A stretch of DNA of 64,000 nucleotides. Source: Nitrospirota bacterium. Lineage in GTDB: Bacteria > Nitrospirota > UBA9217. The DNA lies in NCBI GenBank assembly GCA_963818475.1, contig CAWFSF010000005.1, forward strand, positions 480,001-544,000. The letters are read 5' to 3'. Both the position numbers and the translations under genes were made by a program. Positions 49,794 through 58,800 of the stretch are shown here, piece after piece. The notes below the pieces were generated by a model. It was not told where the DNA came from. It did no database searches and worked only from the letters and a program-made list of their open reading frames with translations. Position 1 is the first letter of the stretch. Every line of letters begins with the position of its first letter.

Positions 49794-50879
49794 AAGGGGA
49801 CGTTGTTTCTATACTTGCTTTACTTTTTATTTCTGCCGCCGCTTTCACCACTCGTTCAATCGCCCGAACAATACACGACGTGTTGACGCCGAGATGGCGG
49901 GCAATCTCCGCAGCTGATGTTCCCAATTCTTCGCGGCAACGATACGCGATATTCGCCCGCGCCGCACTGACACTCGATCGCTTACCGCCGGCCTTTAGTT
50001 CTAACAGAGTTTATCCGACGGTCCCTGCATTCTTCATCGACGATCTTCTGGATGGTTTTGCCGCTTCGTTTATGTTTGGTCTGGCGAAGCTGTCGATCTT
50101 CCGCCTCTTTGATTACTGCATGAACGAAATCCCCGCTGCCCAATATCCGCTCATCGTATTCTTCCTTCCGGCCCCGTCCGCGCATGGACATGACTTGTGA
50201 CCAGCCGCCCTGGCTTCTGATCAAACCTCCGCCGGTTAAGGTCGAATTACGGCCTTCTTCGATGCCCTCCCGGACGAATCTACGATATTCCAGTATTGCC
50301 TTTTTCCTTCTGCCGCCGAATTCGGATAAGACTGTTTCGACATCCATCCAGGGATGATCAGCTTTGCCGATTATGGCACGATGGCCGGTCCACGAATACC
50401 GATCCAAGTCTTCCATGGTTTGGATGATCTTTGCCCGGATTGGATTTAAGTGGATGTACCGTATCAGGGCGAGCAAGTAGTTTTCTTCGTCGCAGAGTAT
50501 AGATTTATACCGGTTTTCGAAGAGATGTCCGCTCCGCGCATGGCGTTTATTGTAATACTGTGCGTACCATGTGAGCTGCTTGCGCATGACAGCCGAAATG
50601 CCGTCCTTGCCGCTTTTAAAGAGCAAATGAATGTGATTGGTCATCAGAACCCATGCATACACCGTACACTTGCCATTAATTACATTTTCGGAGAGCCGTT
50701 CGAGAAAGCGCGTCTTGTCTTGATCATCGCTGAATATCGGGGCTCTATTTATGCCCCGGACGATGATATGGTGCAATGCTCCAGGAACGTCGAGGCGGGC
50801 TTTGCGAGGCATGATGATATTCTATGCAAATAGGGAACGATTGTCAAGTGGAAAGCAAGCATAGAAACAACGTCCCCTT
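49794..50879 (-). mobile_element. TIR-flanked Y1 HUH (RAYT-like) transposase element
   Basis: 28-bp inverted repeats AAGGGGACGTTGTTTCTAT(A/G)CTTGCTTT at 49794-49821 and 50852-50879. Confidence 0.8.
49796..50812 (-). CDS. REP-associated tyrosine transposase with C-terminal HTH (frameshift near 50000; 3' end approximate)
   Basis: HHIIVRG, YAWVLMTNHIHLL, GHLFENRYKS, RYIHLNP; AEIARHLGV tail. Confidence 0.88.
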
Positions 50880-51019
50880 AGTTCCCCTGAGTGGCGATAG
50901 CGTTCCAGTACGAGAAGAGCTCGGGATCGCCGATTCCGCTATTGCCGAGTGCTCTGTCTGCCTTCCAACCGTCAACGAAGAAAATGAGGGCAACCAGAAT
51001 CTGTCCCGGTATTGGATCA

Positions 51020-51826
51020 TTAATTTTTACTTTTTGTCAGATCAATGAATGGAACAGCAGAACCAGGTATCATCTGAGTAGGAAGATGTCCGTCCCATTT
51101 TTCAATTGCTTTGAGCTGTACGTAGTCCTTTCCTCCTTGCGATGTAACAGCCTTTGCTTGTATGGCGATCGCCGTAGCATCCGCTGTGGCAGTTGCGACT
51201 TTTTGCTCCGCCAAAAACCTTACTTTGGCTAAATTGTTCTTTTCCATAAGAGCTTCCTGTTCTGCCGTTACTTTCTGCTCGATGGCGTGGTTGAATTCCT
51301 TGGAAAACTCGAAGTTGGTTATAAACACATTGTCGACGATCACATTGTTCACGGACAGCGCCACGGTCAGTGATTTTTTGAACTCCTCCTTGACCATTTC
51401 TCGCTTGGAAATAAGCTCCTCTGCAGTGAACATGGCTGTTGATTTTTTCAAGTATTCCTGTATGGCAGGGGCAATGATACGTGAATCCACATCGTTTCCG
51501 AGACTTTGAAAAATCTTGTTCACTTTCATGGCATCGAGATGGTAGTTCAAGGCAACCTTTGCGTGGACCATTTGCAAATCTTTTGACGACGCCTCCGACC
51601 CTACCTCCACCTTCTGTATTTGAACATCCATTTTTTGGACTGACTGCGTAATGGGCATCACAAAGTGAACGCCCTCGCCAAGGATCGTATCTTGCACGGC
51701 GCCCAGTTGGATCACAACGCCACGTTGTCCAGGATGCACGATCACGAGGGGATTGAGTGTCACAAAAAGTATGAGTGCGAACACCGCAAGTCCCACCATG
51801 ATCACTGCCTTAATGTTTTTCTCCAT
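51020..51826 (-). CDS. SPFH/prohibitin family protein
   Basis: TM anchor, PGQRGVV..LG, ASSKDLQ, FTAEELI, AIEQKVTAEQ, IEKWDG.LP. Confidence 0.92.
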   Translation of the reverse strand: MEKNIKAVIMVGLAVFALILFVTLNPLVIVHPGQRGVVIQLGAVQDTILGEGVHFVMPITQSVQKMDVQIQKVEVGSEASSKDLQMVHAKVALNYHLDAMKVNKIFQSLGNDVDSRIIAPAIQEYLKKSTAMFTAEELISKREMVKEEFKKSLTVALSVNNVIVDNVFITNFEFSKEFNHAIEQKVTAEQEALMEKNNLAKVRFLAEQKVATATADATAIAIQAKAVTSQGGKDYVQLKAIEKWDGHLPTQMIPGSAVPFIDLTKSKN

Positions 51827-52007
51827 TGTCCTTCTCCTTTGATTTTGGAAACAGATAGTTTATGACTATTCTATAAAACACCACTACGGCCCCTATCAGA
51901 ATTGATAAAAGCAAAACTTCAAAAAGAATTCTCATTTATCCCTCCCACTTGAAATAGTTGCTGCTGTCTTCCCGACCTACGAGCTGCATCAGTTGTCAGC
52001 TCTGCGA

Positions 52008-52463
52008 TCATGCATTTGACTCGTATCTTATTTTCTCATTCCGGTCTATTCTGAAAAGCTTTTTCATTAGTGATGCCGCAACAACAGCGATTTCGGTTGC
52101 TGTTCCTTCAATAGTAATATCCAGGAATTTTTCACCGCCCGACCCGCTATTCTCCATTATTTCAAGACCGAGCTCCTTCGAGACGGACCTAAAGGCCATT
52201 TCCAGGCTTTTTTGCCTGTCGGTAATTAACGGAAAATCCAATTGTACGCTTTTAGCATCAGCGGTGAATTGCACGTAATCATCTGTTCCATGAACCGTTG
52301 CTATCAAAAACGCAGCTTCTTTGCTGCTTCTCATAAGCTTTTCAATGTTTTTCTCAATATCGTCGATGCTTCCAACAGAAACCGTCGTATCGTGATCGTT
52401 TAAAGAAAAAAACAAAACCAGGGCAATAAGGACAAGTGCAAATATGATCATTCCAATTATCAT
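52008..52463 (-). CDS. Hypothetical membrane-anchored protein
   Basis: 151-aa ORF with an N-terminal TM helix; YVQF...LDFP. Confidence 0.6.
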   Translation of the reverse strand: MIIGMIIFALVLIALVLFFSLNDHDTTVSVGSIDDIEKNIEKLMRSSKEAAFLIATVHGTDDYVQFTADAKSVQLDFPLITDRQKSLEMAFRSVSKELGLEIMENSGSGGEKFLDITIEGTATEIAVVAASLMKKLFRIDRNEKIRYESNA

Positions 52464-52819
52464 GTATTACCCACAGAAACCGGTAGTATCAGGAATGTAG
52501 CCCTGCATCATATATATGCAAGCATCTGCAGGCAGATGCATTTCAAATAAATACGAATAGTAATGCCAAGAAGAATGCAACGAGTATGGAAAGGAGTGGT
52601 TCGATTATAGATACATTGTGCGAATTGTCAAGACTTCCGACGAGGGGGAAAAAGCGTGTAAGAAGGAAGGTCGGACTTTGAATTGTCGAAGCAATGAAGG
52701 ATTCTGCCCACGCTATCTTTTCAGCGCATCCTGTTCGTCCGGCCGCTGATACGCTGCTGCCAATTGGTTGGCCAACTTTTGTCCAGCATCTTCCAAGGTT
52801 GCCTGACTTCAAAAAGCGG

Positions 52820-55800
52820 TCAGCTCAACTCCACCTCGACATGGTGGTCCTGGCGGTCGTCCACAAGGGGGATCATGCCTTGCGCACGCTCTGTCCCCTC
52901 TATGCCGGTTCCCTCTACCGCGGCGCCGTCCATTATCATGCGGATCATATGCTCCGGCTGTTCATTAACGCGCTTGACGGTGATGTGGTAGAAGGTCTCG
53001 CGATAGCGATAGTGTATCTTGAACGACCCCCAATGGGCCGGGATACACGGCGCAATGCGCAGATGGTCCACTTCCAGCTGCAGGCCCAGGAGTGTTTCCA
53101 CGGTCAGCCGGTACATCCAGCCCGCCGCCCCGGTGTACCAGGTCCAGCCGCCCCGACCGGTGTGCGGCGGCGCGCCGTAAATATCCGCGCACATGACGTA
53201 GGGCTCGACCTTGTAGCGTTCGATGTCCGCAGGCGTACTGCCGTGATTGACGGGATTGAGCATGGCGAACAGCTCCCACGCCCGTTCCCGGTCACCCATC
53301 AGGGCAAAGGCCATCGTGGTCCAGATCGCGGCATGGGTGTATTGGCCGCCGTTCTCGCGCACGCCGGGCACATAGCCCTTGATATAACCGGGCTCAAGGT
53401 CCGATGTATCGAAGGGCGGGGCGAGCAGCTGGACCAACTTCGCATCGCGCCGCACCAGGCGTTTGTCCACCGACCACATCGCCTGTCGGGCGCGCAGCGG
53501 AGCGCCGCCGCCCGATATGACCGCCCAACTCTGGCTGATCGAATCGATCTGGCATTCCTCATTCTTGGACGACCCCAGGGGTGTGCCGTCGTCAAAATAG
53601 GCCCGCCGATACCAATCGCCGTCCCAGGCATTGGCCTCTATGTTGTTCCGCAGCAGCGAAGCCTGCCCGGCGCACACGTCGGCAAAGGCTTCGTCGCCCC
53701 GGCCGCGGGCCAGGCCTGCAAACTGCCGGAGGTTCTCGTACAGGAACCACGCCAGCCAGACGCTCTCGCCCTTGCCGTCACGACCGACGAGATTCATGCC
53801 GTCGTTCCAGTCGCCGCAGCCCATCAGCGGCAATTGGTGTTCTCCGAAGCGTAAACCATGCTTGATCGCACGCACGCAGTGCTCATAGAGGCTTGCGGCC
53901 TCAGCCGAACGCTGCGGCTGATCGTAGTAAGCCTCCTCTTCCGGATTCAGCTCGCGTCCCTCCAGAAAATGCACTGACTCATCGAGCACTCCCGTATCGC
54001 CGGTTGCCAGCACATACCGGCAGGTTGCATAGGGCAGCCACAGATAGTCGTCGGAGAAATGGGTGCGCACGCCTTGTCCGTTGGGCGGGTGCCACCAGTG
54101 CTGCACGTCGCCCCGGAGGAACTGGCGCCCGGCGCAGCGGATCAACTGCTCGCGGGCAAGCCACGGTGTCGCATGGATCAGCGCCAGGGTGTCCTGCAAT
54201 TGATCGCGGAAACCGTAGGCGCCGCCTGACTGATAATAGCCGCTGCGGCCCCAGAGCCTGCAGGACAGGGTCTGGTAGACCAGCCAGCCGTTGGCCAGCA
54301 CGTCCAGCGCGGGGTCTGGCGTTTCCACATGCACCGCGCCCAGGGTGCGGTTCCAGTGTTCCCACACCGTTTCCAATGCCTGCCGCGCGCCCGCCTGCCC
54401 GCTGAATCGCTGGATGAAATGCCGCGCTTCGTCGGCGTCACGGGCCGCGCCGAATACGAATACGATCTCCCGCTCTTCCCCTTCGGCCAGTTCGATCCGG
54501 GTCTGCACCGCGGCGCACGGATCAAGGCCCGCACCGGTCCTGCCCGACAGGCGTCTGCGGCGCATCGCCATCGGGCCGGCCAGCGAGCCGTTGCGGCCGA
54601 TGAACTCGGTGCGGTTTCCACTCACCGACCGCTCCCGCTCGCTGACCTGCGCAAAGACCACCCGATTGGCGCATTCGCGGCCGTACGCATTGCGGGCAAA
54701 CAGCGCCCCGTTCTGCGGGTCCGTTTCGGTGACGATGTGCATCAGATTGGCGTGCCGCCACTCACCCAGCACCAGCTCCCAATACCCGGTCAGCGATAAG
54801 CTGCGGGCGCGCTTCGACTGGTTGTGCAGCTTGACCACCGCGAACTTCACCGGCGCGTCCATGGCGACGTAGGTGAACAGTTCCGAAGCAATACCGGCTT
54901 CGTAATGTTCGAACACGCTGTAGCCGAACCCGTGCCGGCACACATAGCCGAACCGGCCGCGGGCGGGCAACGGCGTCGGCGACCAGAACGCACCCGTTTC
55001 CTCGTCGCGGATATAGAGCGCCTCGCCGCTGCTGTCGCAAAGCGGGTCATTGTGCCAGGTGGTCAGCCGGAACTCGTGAGCATTTTCCACCCAGGTATAC
55101 GCGCTCCCGCTCTCGCTGACGACCGTGCCGATGTGCGGACTGGCAATGACATTGACCCACGGCGCCGGCGTGCTCTGGCCCGGTTCGAGGGTGACGACGT
55201 ATTCGCGCCCGTCGGGTGTGAAGCCGCCCAGGCCGTTAAAGAAAATGCGTTCGCGCGCCGGGAGCGGATAGACCGGTTCAGCGGCCGCTTGCTGCAATGG
55301 CTCCAGAAGGTCCGACACACGCTCTCGTGACACGCGGCGTTCCACCTGTTCGACCAATGTTTCGGCCGTATCGGTGAACGCGATGCGGGCGACCGTCTGG
55401 AACAAGACCCGCTCATCCTCGGAAAGTTCTTCGGCACGCCGCACGAAGACCCCGCCCGGTTTGTCGATAATGCTCGCTTCGGGACCCGCGTTGATCAGCC
55501 CCATGATCTGGTCCTGCAGAACCGCCCGGTAGCCCGAGAAATCCTCGTTCACGATCACCAGGTCCGAAGGCAGGCCCTTCATCCGCCAATAGGCATGGGC
55601 TTGCAGCACCTGTTTTACCAGGTCGATGCGGTCCAGGTCGCCGATGCGCAGCAGGACGATCGGCAGATCGCCCGAGACGGCAAAACGCCACAGCCCGGAC
55701 TGACCAAGCTGGTTGCGGGCAATGACGCCGGGCGCGGCGCGGCGCAAGGCATTGCCGTAAATGACGGAGGTGGCCAGGCGGCCATAGACCTGCGCATCGG

Positions 55801-58800
55801 CTTCGGTGGCGCTGAGGTGGCGCAGCACCTCCTGGCTTTGGAACCATGCCATTTCAAAGGCACGCTCAACGAAGTGCCGGTCGCCATACTTCTCCAGCAA
55901 AGCCAATGCCGCCTCGCGCGTGTCCGCGACCCCGGAGATGATCTGCACGGTCGCCGATTCGTCGGGAGACAAGGTGATGGTGCGGCGGACCGCCACGATG
56001 GGATCGAGCACCGAACCGTCAGTGTTCGACAACGCCGACGGTCTGCCGCTGCTGTCCAGTACCACGGGGTTGGCCGTTGTTCGGCCCCGCCCGATGAATT
56101 TGACGCGGTCGGTCTCGTACGACGGCTCATCGGCAGCAGCACCCGGCGCTGCCAGCAGGTGGAACATCCACGGCACCTGCTCCCCCGGTGTACGGCGGCG
56201 GCGCGTGCAGAGGATCGCCTGCCGGTCGGGCAGGATCTCGGTTTGCACAAAGAGGTTGCTGAACGAGCGATGGGCAAGGTCGGCATGCAGCAGCGCCAGC
56301 ACGACCTCCGCGTAGCTCGTTATCTCGATATGACGGGTACGGGACGACAGGTTGGTGAGCGTGACACGGCGGATCTCGACGTCGTCTTCAGGTGAAACGC
56401 TGATCTCGGTGTGCGCTTCGATCGCCTGATCGCGCCGCCGGTATTCAGCGCGTGCCTCTACGAAGATCGCCTCGTAGTGATCGGCCTTGCGCAGTGTCGG
56501 TTGATGCGCGGTTGACCAATACCGCCCCGTGTCGCGGTCGCGCAGGTAAATGAAGGTGCCCCAGCAGTCCGACGTTGCGTCCTCGCGCCAACGGGTGACG
56601 GCCAGGTCGCGCCAGCGGCTGTACCCTCCGCCGGCATGGGTCGCCATGACGTGGTACCTGCCGTTGGACAACAGGTGAACTTCAGGTATCGGCGTGTTCG
56701 GGTCGGTAAACACGCGCATGATCCCGGCCTCCTCCGCGGCGGGGGGGCGCGCGGCGGCGCTCACTTCAGCGGCGTGCGGGTGCAAGGTAGCGCCCTTCTT
56801 CGGCACACGCTCCTGCAGGAGCAGTTCAGTGGCCTTTACTAAAGGCGCGGACATGAATCGGCGCTGCATCGGCCGGTTGAGCAATACATGCCCAAAGGCC
56901 AGCAGGCTCATGCCCTGATGATGCGCCATGAAGGTGCGCACAATGGCGTGATGCTTGCCCCGCGGCACCCGCGATGGCGTGTAGTCGATCGCCTCGTAGA
57001 ACCCATAGGCGCCGAGAAAACCATCGTCAGCCAGCGTCTGCAGGTTGCGGCACGCTTCCCGCGGCATCACCGTCAGCGCCAGTGCGCTGGCGTACGGGGC
57101 GATGACCAGGTCGTCGCCCAGCCCGCGCTTGAAACCCAGCCCGGGCACGCCGAACGCCCGATATTGATAGACCTGGCTGGCATCGGTGGCGTTGTAGCAG
57201 GACTCGGAAATGCCCCACGGCACGGCGCGTTGCCGGCCGTATTCGATCTGGCGCGACACCGCGGCCTTGCCGGTCTGCTCCAGCAGGGTGTTCTCGTAAA
57301 TCGGCATCATCAGCTGCGGCATGAGGTACTCGAACATCGAGCCGCTCCACGAGATCAAGCTCACGTCGCCGCCATGACTGGTCAGCAGGCGGCCAAGCGA
57401 GAACCAATGCTTCTGCGGCACCTGTCCCTGCGCGATCAGCAGGAAACTGGCCAGGCGCGCTTCTGATGCCAGCAGGTCGTAGCAGGACGTATCGCGGCGC
57501 CGTTCGCCCGCGTCGTACCCTATGGTCAGCAGGCCGCGCGATGTATCGTAGAGAAATTCAAAATCCATCACCGCCAGTTCGCGGCAACGATCGACCAGAT
57601 CGTCGATGATCCTGAGCCGCTCCACCGCGCCCGCATACCGTGGTTCCGTCGCCGCGGCTGCCCCGGCTGACGACAGCGCGGAGGGAGAAACCGTCCGCTC
57701 TCCGGCCAATTCCGCCAGCGTCGGGATGGTGCTGAAGGACCGCGGCCCGGGCACCAGGGATCTCAGGTCATCGCGAAGTGCGCGGGATTGCCGGTCGAAG
57801 GCCTGCGCCCAGTAATACAGTTCGCCGCCGATGGCATTATCCGCCGGCAGCCATGCAACCAGCCCCCCGTCACGAAGGATCTCATCCAGCACACTGTCGG
57901 CGGCAGCCAGTGTCTGCTCCCCGTTCAGCGGGAGTGCGCGCAGCCTGTCCTGCAGAAGCCTGGCCTTCTTCACCAGATCCGGCGCCGGTGACGAGGGGAC
58001 CTGTTCGGCAAGCACCTGCAAGGTGTCCTGCAGCGCCTGAAACGCGTTTGATGACAGCACCGGCTGATCCTTCAACTCGGCCAGTCCCGCTTGCAGGGTG
58101 AGCAGGCTGCCGGCCAGGTTGCCGCTGTCCACCGAAGAGACGTAGTGCGGATGAAGCGGTTTCAGCGTGCGCGTGTCGTACCAGTTGTAAAAATGGCCGC
58201 GGTAGCGTTCCAGCTTTTGCATCGTAGCCAGTGTGTTCCCGGCAAGCCGCAGGAATTCTCCGGCGGGAATATAACCGAGGTCGTACGCAGCGAGGTCCGC
58301 CAGCAGCGACATGCCGATATTCGTGGGCGAGGTGCGCGAGGCGATGGCCGGAGCCGGATATTCCTGGAAGTTGTCGGGCGGCAGCCAGTTGTCCTGCGGA
58401 CCGACGAACTCCGCGAAGAAGCGCCACGTTCGCCGGGCCGACGCTCGCAGGAACGCCCGTTGATCAGCGGTCAAGTCCGGTTCGGGGGACACCAGCGGCA
58501 TGCTGATCCACCAGCCGACGGCCGGCGACGCCAGCCAGAGCAGCAAGACGGGCGCACAGAAGAGCAACTCCGCCGGCCGGCTGAACCCCAGTGCGAGGGC
58601 CAGCGCCATTGCCAGAACAGGCGCGACCCACATCTCCCTGAAAAAATCGGCCGGCGTACGGCGCGCGTTGCGTCGTGCATAGGACCGCATATGCCAGAGC
58701 AGCAACCCGCTCCGGGTGAACAGCATGCGCACACCCGAGCGCAGGATCGCATCCAGGAAGATCAGCGTATCGTAGGGCAAAAAGACCAGCGTCAGCAAAG

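Noticed and set aside
50880-52800. Integron integrase or attI upstream of the cassette array
   Set aside because: No tyrosine recombinase motifs in any frame; the region holds SPFH and a hypothetical gene without attC sites
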